63,974 bases of DNA from a virus. Taxonomy: Duplodnaviria; Caudoviricetes. Below the pieces are notes generated by a model. That model did not search any database. It saw nothing but the letters and a program-made list of their open reading frames with translations, and had not been told where the DNA came from. Below, in pieces: positions 9,182 to 18,362 of the stretch (its first letter is position 1; the number at the start of each line of letters is the position of its first letter). The position numbers were made by a program, and so were the translations under genes. Where the stretch lies: IMG/VR virus record IMGVR_UViG_3300036785_000518, positions 1 through 63,974 of that record; one strand, given 5' to 3'.

Positions 9182-9582
9182 TGCTCGGCCTCCATGGCCT
9201 CGACATGCTCTTGATGCAGGCGTTGGCCACAGTGGTCGTCGTGGCAGTACAGATGATTGTTGAGCCATAAGGCGCGCTCGCCGGTCTTGATGACGCGACC
9301 GCATTCGTGGCAGTCAGAAGGGTAGCGGGCTTCGATCCAGCGAAAGTCGCGGATCGACTTGCCGAGGTCGGCGAGAGTTTTATCGAGCGCCTCGTTGAAC
9401 CATATGCGCATCTGTTGGCTGTCACCGCTGCCGAGCAGCGTCGGTGCGAGCAGCGCGGCGAGCACGTAGACCACCTCGTAGACTCTATTGTGGTCGCGCT
9501 TGTCGGATTCGATATACACTTTGATGATAGCGGCTAGGCTTTCCATCAGGTGGCCGGCGCGCATCCCGTCGAGTTCGTTCAT
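9178..9582 (-). CDS. hypothetical protein with C-terminal Zn-binding module
   Basis: ARYPSDCHECGRVIKTGE..YC. Confidence 0.55.
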   Translation of the reverse strand: MNELDGMRAGHLMESLAAIIKVYIESDKRDHNRVYEVVYVLAALLAPTLLGSGDSQQMRIWFNEALDKTLADLGKSIRDFRWIEARYPSDCHECGRVIKTGERALWLNNHLYCHDDHCGQRLHQEHVEAMEAEQ

Positions 9583-9836
9583 GGCGATTCTTCCTCTCCC
9601 GTGATCTGGCGCACCTGCTCTGGCGTCAGCTCGAAGTGGCGCATGAGTTCGAGTGTCATCACCACGGCGACCGGCGGCGGCCGCGCGCCGCTGAACCAAT
9701 GCCGCACTGTTGAGTCCTTGATGCCGAAGAACGCGGCGATCTGACGTGACGACATGCCGACGGCGGCGGCGAGCGCAGCCAATTCATCGTTGGTGATGCC
9801 GCTATATTCGCGTTTGATCTCCGGTCGGTTTCTCAT
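9579..9836 (-). CDS. XRE-like helix-turn-helix protein
   Basis: GMSSRQIAAFFGIKDSTVRHWFSG. Confidence 0.75.
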   Translation of the reverse strand: MRNRPEIKREYSGITNDELAALAAAVGMSSRQIAAFFGIKDSTVRHWFSGARPPPVAVVMTLELMRHFELTPEQVRQITGEEESP

Positions 9837-10393
9837 TTGTGCCGCCCTTTTGCTTTGATCGCGTCGCGCAGCGGCTCGTAGACCATAGTGCAAGCGGTGA
9901 GCGGGCGATTCGGTAGGCCATCGCTTCGTAGAGGGCGGACGGTGGATGCCGTGTTGCGAAAGTCCATGGCCTTCTGCAGGCTGCCGAATCGCTGCGCCTG
10001 TGTCGGATCGTCGGTGAAGTCGCCGTCACCGCGGCCGTCGTTGGCGTTGAAGTCGAACATTTTCATCCACATGCCTGCGATCGGGCACGGCGCGCCGTTG
10101 GCGAATCCGATGACGCGGACGACATGATCGATTGGTGCGTTCGCGGCCATGATCGAAGTGATGATGCCGGTGGGGCCGATGATCGCGAAGTTGCAGCCGC
10201 GTCGCTTCAGATCGGTGACGTGGCCGCACTCTTCGCACTTGCCTTCGGCGAAGAACTTGTCCTGCTCTTCGATGGTCTGGCGCGAGCCGCATCCGGCGCA
10301 CGTGAACTTTTGGTGGAAATGGCAGCCGTTATCGAGATATGGCTTTACGCTTTTCATGCAGATTTCGATCGGATAGTCGCTAGGTTGGGTCAT
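9833..10393 (-). CDS. hypothetical protein with N-terminal Zn ribbon
   Basis: CAGC..CEEC followed by a second domain. Confidence 0.6.
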   Translation of the reverse strand: MTQPSDYPIEICMKSVKPYLDNGCHFHQKFTCAGCGSRQTIEEQDKFFAEGKCEECGHVTDLKRRGCNFAIIGPTGIITSIMAANAPIDHVVRVIGFANGAPCPIAGMWMKMFDFNANDGRGDGDFTDDPTQAQRFGSLQKAMDFRNTASTVRPLRSDGLPNRPLTACTMVYEPLRDAIKAKGRHK

Positions 10394-10574
10394 TGGCTTT
10401 CTTCCTCGCTGCGAGCTGGCGCTGGACCTCGCGCCGCTGTTCCAGATTCAGCAGCTCGTCGATTTCGTGCTTGTAATGTTTTGGTCAGACCAGTTTGCCG
10501 TCGACCGTCCCGTACCAGTACACGGCGGCTTTGAAGCGCTTGATCACGACCTTCGGTTTTTCGTCGTCGGTCAT
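10380..10574 (-). pseudogene. small gene with one in-frame TGA at 10485-10487
   Basis: MTDDEKPKVVIKRFKAAVYWYGTVDGKLV*PKHYKHEIDELLNLEQRREVQRQLAARKKANDPT reads as one frame overlapping the next start. Confidence 0.45.
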
Positions 10575-10649
10575 CTGCTGGCTGATGCTATCGTGCGTTT
10601 GTGGCTGGGATAGCCGTTCAGCGCCGCCGCGGCGGACGACGCTGGGCTG

Positions 10650-11243
10650 CTATCTTGCCGTGAAGTAAACGAAGCCGATGTCGGGTATTGACTTTGCGGT
10701 GTAAGTCACATCGCCCAGCTGGCGCGTGATTTCTTTGTTTTTGGCCACAGCGTCGAGCAGGTCCGACACCAGCTTGCCTCTGACGCTTGCATTAGCCTGT
10801 GGGCTTGTTACCTCGACAAGGACGAGCGCCGCCGACATGGCGTTCGCTACGGTTATGGGGGTGTCTTCGGCCAAGCCTGCCACGACGGTGAACTCTTCGT
10901 AGCTATTGTCGTTCTTGGACTGAATTTCCAGCATCATGAGGTCGGTCACATTGAACAGGCAGTTGGTGACGCCTCTGTCGACGAGCGGGTAGCAGCTTGA
11001 TTTCTTCGCATCGAATTTGAAGCCGTGATCTTTGGCCGACTGCTTGAACGCGGCCGCCAGTCGAGCGCTGCCAGCGGGCGTTTCCACGTTTGGAATCTTC
11101 GTCGGCACCGGTGGCGTCTCCGGTACGACGTGAGCGACCTCTTGGGTTGCTGCTTGCGTGGTGGTCTTTGGGTTGCTGCTACCGACGACGACGGCGATCG
11201 TCGCGAGAACAGCAAGACCGAGGACAGTTGACTTTGTGCTCAT
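10650..11243 (-). CDS. membrane-anchored or exported hypothetical protein
   Basis: N-terminal hydrophobic helix, Pro/Thr linker, AAGGA RBS. Confidence 0.65.
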   Translation of the reverse strand: MSTKSTVLGLAVLATIAVVVGSSNPKTTTQAATQEVAHVVPETPPVPTKIPNVETPAGSARLAAAFKQSAKDHGFKFDAKKSSCYPLVDRGVTNCLFNVTDLMMLEIQSKNDNSYEEFTVVAGLAEDTPITVANAMSAALVLVEVTSPQANASVRGKLVSDLLDAVAKNKEITRQLGDVTYTAKSIPDIGFVYFTAR

Positions 11244-11542
11244 GTGTTGGTTTCCTTTTTCTTGGCTTCGAGCGCTTCGATCCGCGCTTCCATTTCCTTG
11301 AGTCCGCTTTCGAGGTTGGCGACACGCAATTTGATGCGATGGATTGCCGAGATGGCGCGGTCCTCGAAGGGGCGTTCGTCCTCGGGTGGCAGGTTCATTG
11401 GGTTTCCTTTCTTGACGATCTCGGTGAGCATGATTTTTGCGATGTCGTGGAGGTCTGCGTTTGCGAGGTGTTCGTTGCCAGGCGCTTCGCGGAGGATTCT
11501 CGCCATTTCGTAGAGTCTGTTGAGGTCGGTGATTTTGGACAT
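11240..11542 (-). CDS. hypothetical coiled-coil protein
   Basis: heptad C-terminus, overlap with next gene. Confidence 0.5.
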   Translation of the reverse strand: MSKITDLNRLYEMARILREAPGNEHLANADLHDIAKIMLTEIVKKGNPMNLPPEDERPFEDRAISAIHRIKLRVANLESGLKEMEARIEALEAKKKETNT

Positions 11543-11633
11543 TGGATCAGCCCTTGCTGTGCCAGCTGGCGCTGCCGTCGCGGCGCTCAGTCGCATTGGG
11601 TGATGGGGAGGGCGTTACCCCTCCCGTGAATGA

Positions 11634-12728
11634 TCAGGCTGCCTCGGCGATCTCGCGCCACTCGGCTTTCGGCAGTTCGATCACCTTGGCGCCGACGCGC
11701 TCCAGCTCGGTGGCCCTGTCGTAGCTATCGACGTCCGCGGACATGCGGGTGACGGCATTGTACAAACCGAAGCGCGACAGCTCGCCGCCCTCGATCAGGT
11801 GCTTTAGGACGCTCTTGCCTTCGGTCTCATTGAGGCCGAGCTTGACGGTTGCGACCTTGACGACCTTTACGACGTCGTCGGAAACGATGTGCTCCTGGCG
11901 GGTGCCCTCGATCTTGTTCACCAGCGCATCGAACTTGACCTGATCGAAGATGCCGCGCACGACGTCGCGGACCTTTGACCACAACGCGGCCTGATCGAGC
12001 CGCTTGGTCTTGTCGGAAAGCATCGCGTAGAGCGCGCCCTCTTCGATCGTGTGCTTCTGGCCGACGTGGGCGCGGCGCATCGACCGCTCGCCGAACGAGG
12101 CGAGGTTGCTGCAGAAGCCGTCATAGGTGCCGCCCTGGACGGAGAGCGCGCCGAGGCCGACCTCGGAGTTGCTGATCGTGATCGCTGGCGACACGATCCG
12201 CACGATGGTATGGCCGCCATCGCCGAACCGCGCGCCGTGCTTGGCCAACTCGCGCGTGACCTTCTTGTCGACCGCCTTGATGTAGAGCCGGCGATCGGTG
12301 ACGTCGCACGACATCACGTCGAGCCCGAGATCGCCGATCACGGGCAGCACCGCGGCGGCGAGGTCCTCGTTTTCCATGTCCGGCGAGAACTTGTCGGACA
12401 GAAAAGCGCGAGCGGTGTTATCGAGCGTGCGCACCATGCGCGGTGCCGGATATTTGCGGAACCACTCATTGACGTTGTTGGCGAGCAGCGCAGGGGCTTC
12501 CGCCAGCATTTTGTCGTAATACTTCGCCGGGATTTCGAGGTGCGTGCCGATCTGGTCGTGGGCGACGCCATTGACTCCGAAGGTGTGTTCGTCGCCGACG
12601 CGGATCGCCGCACCGTTGCCGACTGGCACGAGTTCCATGTGCCGCGTGTCAGCGACGAGGTCGGACTTCGCATTGGCGCGACGCTCGATCTCTTGCGCAA
12701 GTTGGATGAGGGATTTGCCGGTTTTCAT
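11634..12728 (-). CDS. DUF932/DUF945-like protein
   Basis: RAFLSDKF, ITISNSEVGLGAL..FCSN, FGLYNAVT; GGAGA RBS. Confidence 0.75.
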   Translation of the reverse strand: MKTGKSLIQLAQEIERRANAKSDLVADTRHMELVPVGNGAAIRVGDEHTFGVNGVAHDQIGTHLEIPAKYYDKMLAEAPALLANNVNEWFRKYPAPRMVRTLDNTARAFLSDKFSPDMENEDLAAAVLPVIGDLGLDVMSCDVTDRRLYIKAVDKKVTRELAKHGARFGDGGHTIVRIVSPAITISNSEVGLGALSVQGGTYDGFCSNLASFGERSMRRAHVGQKHTIEEGALYAMLSDKTKRLDQAALWSKVRDVVRGIFDQVKFDALVNKIEGTRQEHIVSDDVVKVVKVATVKLGLNETEGKSVLKHLIEGGELSRFGLYNAVTRMSADVDSYDRATELERVGAKVIELPKAEWREIAEAA

Positions 12729-13116
12729 GGTGTTGTCTCCGTTGGGGTGTCCGGTTGGGTCCGGTCGGCTGGTCGCCGATCAGTGCCGCGGTCTCACGCG
12801 TGGCACGGGGCTGCGATCAATCGCCGTAGGTGGAGAGCGGCCCGTGAGGTTTGGGGGCGCCGTTGAGCCGCTCTCCGAGACGCTCGCCGGTAGGGAACGG
12901 CGGGCGCCCTAATCACGGACGCGGTTTGGCGTTGTCGTTCTGCGCCAGACGCTCGACTTCTTTTCGCGTCTTTGGCGAGAGCAAATCGAGCATCTGCTCG
13001 GCGTAGGATTTGCGAGGTGCCTTGGTGAGGTGCGGGCTGGCGAGAGCCATCTGGCAGGTCTTTCTCGGTTGCATGAGCATCCGGTTGAAGGTCGGGGCTG
13101 CGCCACCGACAGGACT

Positions 13117-13145
13117 AATATAGTGGGTTAGTCAGAAAAATGCAA
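13117..13145 (-). promoter_or_regulatory. sigma70-type promoter TTGCAT-N17-TATATT for the leftward early operon
   Basis: reverse complement reads cTTGCAT ttttctgactaacccac TATATT in an AT-rich patch. Confidence 0.7.
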
Positions 13146-13492
13146 GTCGTCCTTGTCAAGGTATTAAAGGCTAGCGTTTTCAACGTTTTGCTATGGGGAT
13201 AATCTGGCGCTGCGCGCGCTGCGGTGAGCCTTCCACGGTGATGTTCGAGGCGGCTGGCGGCGCGATTTGCGGCCGCTGTCACCAAAAGGCCAGCGTGCCG
13301 AGGTCCCGGGCACCGCGGCTGCCGCGGCGGCGTAAGCCGGTAAAGCCGCGACGCCGCGCGGGTGCCACGGTGGCGTCTTGCAGTTGCCGTGATCCTGGGC
13401 CAGGGTGCTGAGGTACGAAGGATATTGTTACCCCATCGTTTTCAAGCCCGCCGGAGAATGCCCCCGGCGGGCTGCTTTTTGGGGATCGCTCG

Positions 13493-13855
13493 TCATGGTT
13501 CCTTTTTGTGGCAGGCTTCGTCTTTCGGGTATTTCCCGCAAAATCCCTGTGCCTGCTGCGTGATCCATTCGCGCGCACCATCCTGGTCGAAATCGCGCCA
13601 AGATTTCTCGTGGCGCACCACTACGGTGCGAGTCTGAAATTTAGGCCCGGAACGGGGGGCCGATGCCCTAGTCATCCCGCCAGAACCCGTGACTAGGCGC
13701 TCGGGCCTGGGCCGCTCGCGTTTTGGCTGATGGCGTTGCACCGCCGGCTGATCGAACTGAGGCCAGTAGGGTTGCGACCATGGCTGCGAATATTGCCATT
13801 GTGCACATGCGGGCGCTGAGATCAGAGTCAGGGTTATGGCGAAGGCGAGCCTCAT
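13493..13855 (-). CDS. secreted hypothetical protein
   Basis: signal peptide MRLAFAITLTLISAPACA. Confidence 0.5.
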   Translation of the reverse strand: MRLAFAITLTLISAPACAQWQYSQPWSQPYWPQFDQPAVQRHQPKRERPRPERLVTGSGGMTRASAPRSGPKFQTRTVVVRHEKSWRDFDQDGAREWITQQAQGFCGKYPKDEACHKKEP

Positions 13856-14019
13856 TTACTTATCCATTTCAAGACGATAACGGTTGGCGCTTGTGGCGCC
13901 TGGCCGATCTTGAAGCCGAGCATAGCACCAACTACTGCGGCAAGTGCCGCTGCCAGCAACACGCCTTTTGGTGTGTCCCAGAATGTCATAAGGTCCTCGC
14001 AGACTTGACCAACTGCCAT
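13852..14019 (-). CDS. small membrane protein
   Basis: one hydrophobic helix, overlap-coupled. Confidence 0.45.
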   Translation of the reverse strand: MAVGQVCEDLMTFWDTPKGVLLAAALAAVVGAMLGFKIGQAPQAPTVIVLKWISK

Positions 14020-14041
14020 TGACAACACCACGTTGCAAGTC

Positions 14042-14503
14042 ATGAGCGGACCAAACGAGAAAAACGCTGGACGGAAGCTGGGTCGCGGTGGCGTCACACG
14101 CTTCAAGAAAGGCCAGCAGCGGCTTCCTAACTCGGGCCGCAAGCCGGGCCAGGCCAACCACATGACGATCGCGATGCGCGACGCCGTGGTTCAGGCGATG
14201 GAATACGCTGGCGAGAAACGCTGGAATCGGAAGACAAAAGCGTGGGATAAGGCTGGGCCTGGCGGCATGCTGGGCTACATGATCCACCTCGCCCTGCACA
14301 ACGAAGCGCTGTTCACGCCGTTCGCCCAGCGGGTGCTGCCCATGCACGTGCATGCCACGGTGCAGAATGCCCGTTACAAGACCGAGGACGAGATCAGGGC
14401 GTTGTGCGTGGCCCGGGGCATTTCCTACGACGTTATGATGGAAGCCGCCGAGCCTGCCGAGGGCGAGATGATCGACATCACGCCTGAGCGGCCGGGGGAG
14501 TGA
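14042..14503 (+). CDS. terS: putative terminase small subunit
   Basis: FKKGQ..SGRKPG..N and GGMLGYMIHLA..F..RVLP motifs, upstream of terL. Confidence 0.65.
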   Translation: MSGPNEKNAGRKLGRGGVTRFKKGQQRLPNSGRKPGQANHMTIAMRDAVVQAMEYAGEKRWNRKTKAWDKAGPGGMLGYMIHLALHNEALFTPFAQRVLPMHVHATVQNARYKTEDEIRALCVARGISYDVMMEAAEPAEGEMIDITPERPGE

Positions 14504-14506
14504 GAG

Positions 14507-15043
14507 ATGACGAAGCTCACCGATAAGGAGGCTATCTCACACTTACCTCCATGGAATCGGCGCAAGATGCGGGCGCCGCAGAACAATTACTATTCGTTGC
14601 ATAGGATGGCGGACCTGATCGAGGGCAGGACAGAGACGGCACTGGCGTATATTGCGAGCCCGTCCGGGGTGCACCCTGGCCCGTGGTTCCACGCTGAGGA
14701 TTGGGGGCCGACGGGGCCGATCGCTACTGGCGAGGCTCTGGCCCGCGCGTTTGATCCGTATTCGTTTGCCAGGCGAGAGGGTTATGTGGTGAATGGCCTG
14801 ACAACCAAGCGCGAGCCGGTGCCGCCATTGCGGTCCATCAGCATGGTGGACGGGGCTGTCGTGGTTGGGGACGTGGTGAAGCTTGTCGCGTCGCCGGTGT
14901 CTAACGCGTTAGACAAGCCGCCGCCGCCCGCGTTAGACAAGCCGCCGCCCGCGTTAGACAAGCCTCGTTTCGACAAGAAGGCGTACCAGCGCGACCTGAT
15001 GCGCGCGCGCCGGGCTGCCAAGAAGGCCAAGCGTGGCAAATGA
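14507..15043 (+). CDS. hypothetical protein with ALDKPPP repeats and basic tail
   Basis: ORF; FDKKAYQRDLMRARR C-terminus. Confidence 0.55.
   Translation: MTKLTDKEAISHLPPWNRRKMRAPQNNYYSLHRMADLIEGRTETALAYIASPSGVHPGPWFHAEDWGPTGPIATGEALARAFDPYSFARREGYVVNGLTTKREPVPPLRSISMVDGAVVVGDVVKLVASPVSNALDKPPPPALDKPPPALDKPRFDKKAYQRDLMRARRAAKKAKRGK
14898..14964. repeat. 18-bp perfect palindrome plus three 14-bp direct repeats
   Basis: TGTCTAACGCGTTAGACA at 14898-14915; GCGTTAGACAAGCC at 14906, 14930, 14951. Confidence 0.9.
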
Positions 15044-15252
15044 AGCCAAAGAATTCTCGGCACAGTCCGAGGGTGAGAGGGCCGGTCCGTCGTGAAGCTC
15101 CCCGGCCAAGTGGCCGATCGGCCCGATCCGCAAGCGTGGTGTCGGCAAATGATAGCGTTCGGATGGATACTGTGGGGGATACTCGTGGTGCTGGTGCTTT
15201 TGCCGCCGCGGTACGATCCGGCGATACGCATGCGGGAATGGGTAGATAGAAA

Positions 15253-15465
15253 ATGACGAAGCGCGATGAGATGGACTTCGCCGTGGCCGAGCAGGCGCAG
15301 CGCGACCACAGCGATTTCGGGCCGCTCGTCGACTACCTGACGCAGGCGCGTCCATTGACGGCTTCCAACAAGGTCACGATCGCCAATGTGATCAGCGGAT
15401 TGATCCGCAAGCTGGCGGCTGCCAAGGTCCCTGGTGCTGGCAAGCAACCTGATCATCCGGCATGA
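15253..15465 (+). CDS. hypothetical protein
   Basis: ORF with typical codon usage. Confidence 0.45.
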   Translation: MTKRDEMDFAVAEQAQRDHSDFGPLVDYLTQARPLTASNKVTIANVISGLIRKLAAAKVPGAGKQPDHPA

Positions 15466-15900
15466 CGAATAACGACGATGAGCGCGCCGAGTTGGCGCGA
15501 GCAACACGAAGCCAAAGTGGCATATGATGGTTGGATAGCGAAACATCCGGAGCACTCGCGGCTTGACAAGCGTCCCTATATTCAGGACCACGATCAGGGC
15601 GACAACGCCAAGGCCATTCGGCGAAAGCTTGCGAGGGCATGACCATGGATGAACTATCAGTTTTGAGCGAGATCATCAGGGGCAGCGCGGCTAGAGCCGT
15701 TGTGGATGGAGATCAGGATTATGAGAATCTATCAAAGGGGTGGGCAGAGGGTTGGGCCAGGTGGTTGGCGGCCGAACTATCGAAAAACGGGTTCATGATT
15801 GTCAGGAAGCAATGACCCTGCGCGATACCATCAAGGCCGCGATGGGCGTCAAGATGAGCAAAGCACAGGTCCACTACGGCAACGGCCACAAGAACAAGCC

Positions 15901-16269
15901 ATGATGGACTCCGAGTTCAATGCGGTTGCGCATTTCATCTTGCACCCGATTCGCAAGAGTGCCCCTGATCCTGCATATCGCGAGACGTTCGAGCGTCTGG
16001 TGCGTGCGCTCAATATGCCGTTCGTCCGGATGGAATATGCCGAGATGATGCGTCGCTCGCTGGTGGCGTTGTTCGAGCCAGCGCAGATTAGCGAGCCGGT
16101 GCATATACGTGACCTGGGCGTGCCGACGCTTGGGAAGGCCAAACGCAAGCGCCTGAAAGAGCGCAAGCAGCTGTTGCTGCCACCGCCTGCGCGCGCTGCA
16201 GCTGCAGTTCGCGCGCCAGTGAAGAAGGTGCGAAAAGCGAGGCGAAAAGCAGCTACAGCGGGGTTATAA
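15901..16269 (+). CDS. hypothetical protein
   Basis: ORF, basic C-terminus. Confidence 0.45.
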   Translation: MMDSEFNAVAHFILHPIRKSAPDPAYRETFERLVRALNMPFVRMEYAEMMRRSLVALFEPAQISEPVHIRDLGVPTLGKAKRKRLKERKQLLLPPPARAAAAVRAPVKKVRKARRKAATAGL

Positions 16270-16271
16270 AA

Positions 16272-16592
16272 ATGGGAACGAGTAGATTGATTCATCGTCG
16301 CTCGTTACTGATTGGTCTAGGAGCGTCGCTGGCTGCTCCAGCTATTGTCAGAGCATCATCATTGATGCCTATAAAAGCATTAGCTCCAGATCTAGTTTGG
16401 ATTGCACCTAATTTTAATGTTGGTGACACTGTTTTGGTAAGTTCAGTAGATTTTACAGAGTTCAGATCGATACCAGAGTTTGTTTGCTTTGAGTATCATA
16501 CTATTAAAGCGGTCGACCACGCTACTGGTAGACTTGAATTTGAAGATTCATATATTAATAGTCATAATACGGGACCACTTGAACTTACGTAA
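16272..16592 (+). CDS. twin-arginine-signal-like phage protein, AT-rich
   Basis: HRRSLLIGLGASLAAPAIVRASSLMP. Confidence 0.6.
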   Translation: MGTSRLIHRRSLLIGLGASLAAPAIVRASSLMPIKALAPDLVWIAPNFNVGDTVLVSSVDFTEFRSIPEFVCFEYHTIKAVDHATGRLEFEDSYINSHNTGPLELT

Positions 16593-16641
16593 GTTACTTC
16601 TGCTAGGAAGAAGGATGACAAACAAAGAGGAGGGAGTTCTT

Positions 16642-16830
16642 ATGCAACAGGAAACCAAAGTAGCGCTTCAAGAGATTAGTGCCAAGCTCCACTCAGCATT
16701 GCAGGGTGTCACGCTGACGCCTGAGCAGCAGACCAAGATCGACGAGGTCAAGGCCAAGATCGAAGAGTTCAAGGCGCAGCACCAGGAGCACGAGGCAGGC
16801 ACTCAGCCGACGCCGCCACCGCAGCGCTGA
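16642..16830 (+). CDS. small coiled-coil protein
   Basis: GGAGGGAG RBS. Confidence 0.5.
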   Translation: MQQETKVALQEISAKLHSALQGVTLTPEQQTKIDEVKAKIEEFKAQHQEHEAGTQPTPPPQR

Positions 16831-16852
16831 CCGACCTCGTTTTCTAGTGCCG

Positions 16853-16882
16853 ACGCCGCAGCGATTTCGTTGCGGCGTTTTT
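16853..16882 (+). terminator. intrinsic terminator-like hairpin just upstream of terL
   Basis: ACGCCGCAGCG-attt-CGTTGCGGCGT followed by TTTT. Confidence 0.55.
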
Positions 16883-16898
16883 CATTGGCGCATGGCCC

Positions 16899-18353
16899 AT
16901 GAACCTCAACGTCGCGCCGAAGCTGCGGTGGCCGTCCGAGAAGGTCGAGGCCATCCTGATCCGCGAGGCCGAGCGCGCGCGTAAAAGCTTCGCCGCCTAC
17001 CGGCGCATGATGCGCCCCACCATGAAATGGAATTGGTTCACGCAGGCGCTGAGCGACGCCCTGCAGGAATTCTACCAGGACATGGTCGACGGCAAGCGGC
17101 CGAAGCTCGCGGTCATGAGCCCTCCTCAGCATGGAAAATCGCTCGCTGCCGAAGACTTCGTGTCGTGGCTGGCTGGCAACGCTCCCGACATGAAGACGAT
17201 ATATGCGTCGCATTCTGAGGACCTCGGCCTTCGCTGCAACATCGGCATGCAGCGCATGATCGAGAGCGAGCGCTACCAGCAAGTGTTCGAGACGACGATC
17301 GGCGCCAAGGGCTGGGTGCGCAACAATGGCCTCGTCGAGTACGTCAACAAGGCTGGCAGCTTCCGCAACGTCACCGTCAACGGCGGGATCAATGGGTTAG
17401 AGCTGCACCTCGGCATCCTCGATGACCCGGTGAAAGATCGCGCCGACGCGAACAGCGTGGTGATCCGCGAGAAGATTTGGAATTGGTACACCGACGTGTT
17501 TCGTCCGCGGTTCGCCGCCAATAGCGGAATGCTATGGCTGATGACTCGTTGGCACGTCGATGACCCGCTTGGGCGTGCGCTGGAAAAAGAATCCGAGGTC
17601 AAGGTCTTCAAGTTCAAGGCCATTGCTGAACGCGACGAGCAGCATCGCAAGCGTGGCGAGGCGTTGTTTCCCGAGTTCAAGCCGCTGCCGATGCTGCGGG
17701 CCCAGCAGCGGCTGATGTCCGACGCATCGTGGGAAGCGGAGTATCAGCAAGAGCCGTACCTGGTCGGCGGTGGGATGTTTCCCATCGAAAAGCTGCACAT
17801 CATCCCGGTGTTCGATCGCAGCCAGATCGAGGCCTCGGTGCTCGCGGTCGACAAGGCTGGCACCAAGGACGGCGACGGCGCCTGCACCGCGATCGTTCTC
17901 ATGCACAAGCTCAAGAACGGGCAATTCCTGGTCGAGACCGTGCTGCGTGGACGATGGGGTGCATTGGAGCGCGAGCAGGTGATCAAGGGCGCGGCCGAGG
18001 CGGCGCGGCAGTCGCTCGGCCAGGCTAGGTGGAATCTCAAGGTGGCGATCGAGCAAGAGCCGGGATCGGGTGGCAAGGAGTCGGCCGAGGCGACGATCAG
18101 AAATCTCGCAGGCTTCGTCGTCGTCGCCGACAAGGTGACCGGCGAGAAGACGGTGCGTGCCGAGCCGTTCGCGGCGCAGGTCCAGGGCGCCAACGTGTTG
18201 CTGGTCGCGGGCCGCTGGGTCGAGGGCTACCTCGAAGAGCTGGAAGGTTGGCCGTTCAGTAAGACCCTCGATCAGGGCGACGCCTCGGCGATGGCGTTCC
18301 AGCACCTGACGATGGGACCTCTATACGACTCGACGTATGCCGGTTTCCAATGA
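16899..18353 (+). CDS. terL: terminase large subunit
   Basis: SPPQHGKS Walker A, ILDDPVKD, MTRWHVDD, YQQEP, IEQEPGSGG, LDQGDA nuclease motifs. Confidence 0.95.
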   Translation: MNLNVAPKLRWPSEKVEAILIREAERARKSFAAYRRMMRPTMKWNWFTQALSDALQEFYQDMVDGKRPKLAVMSPPQHGKSLAAEDFVSWLAGNAPDMKTIYASHSEDLGLRCNIGMQRMIESERYQQVFETTIGAKGWVRNNGLVEYVNKAGSFRNVTVNGGINGLELHLGILDDPVKDRADANSVVIREKIWNWYTDVFRPRFAANSGMLWLMTRWHVDDPLGRALEKESEVKVFKFKAIAERDEQHRKRGEALFPEFKPLPMLRAQQRLMSDASWEAEYQQEPYLVGGGMFPIEKLHIIPVFDRSQIEASVLAVDKAGTKDGDGACTAIVLMHKLKNGQFLVETVLRGRWGALEREQVIKGAAEAARQSLGQARWNLKVAIEQEPGSGGKESAEATIRNLAGFVVVADKVTGEKTVRAEPFAAQVQGANVLLVAGRWVEGYLEELEGWPFSKTLDQGDASAMAFQHLTMGPLYDSTYAGFQ

Positions 18354-18362
18354 GGACTTTGC

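Noticed and set aside
10485-10487. genome-wide TGA recoding
   Set aside because: many well-defined genes end in TGA with coupled starts; only one internal TGA was noticed
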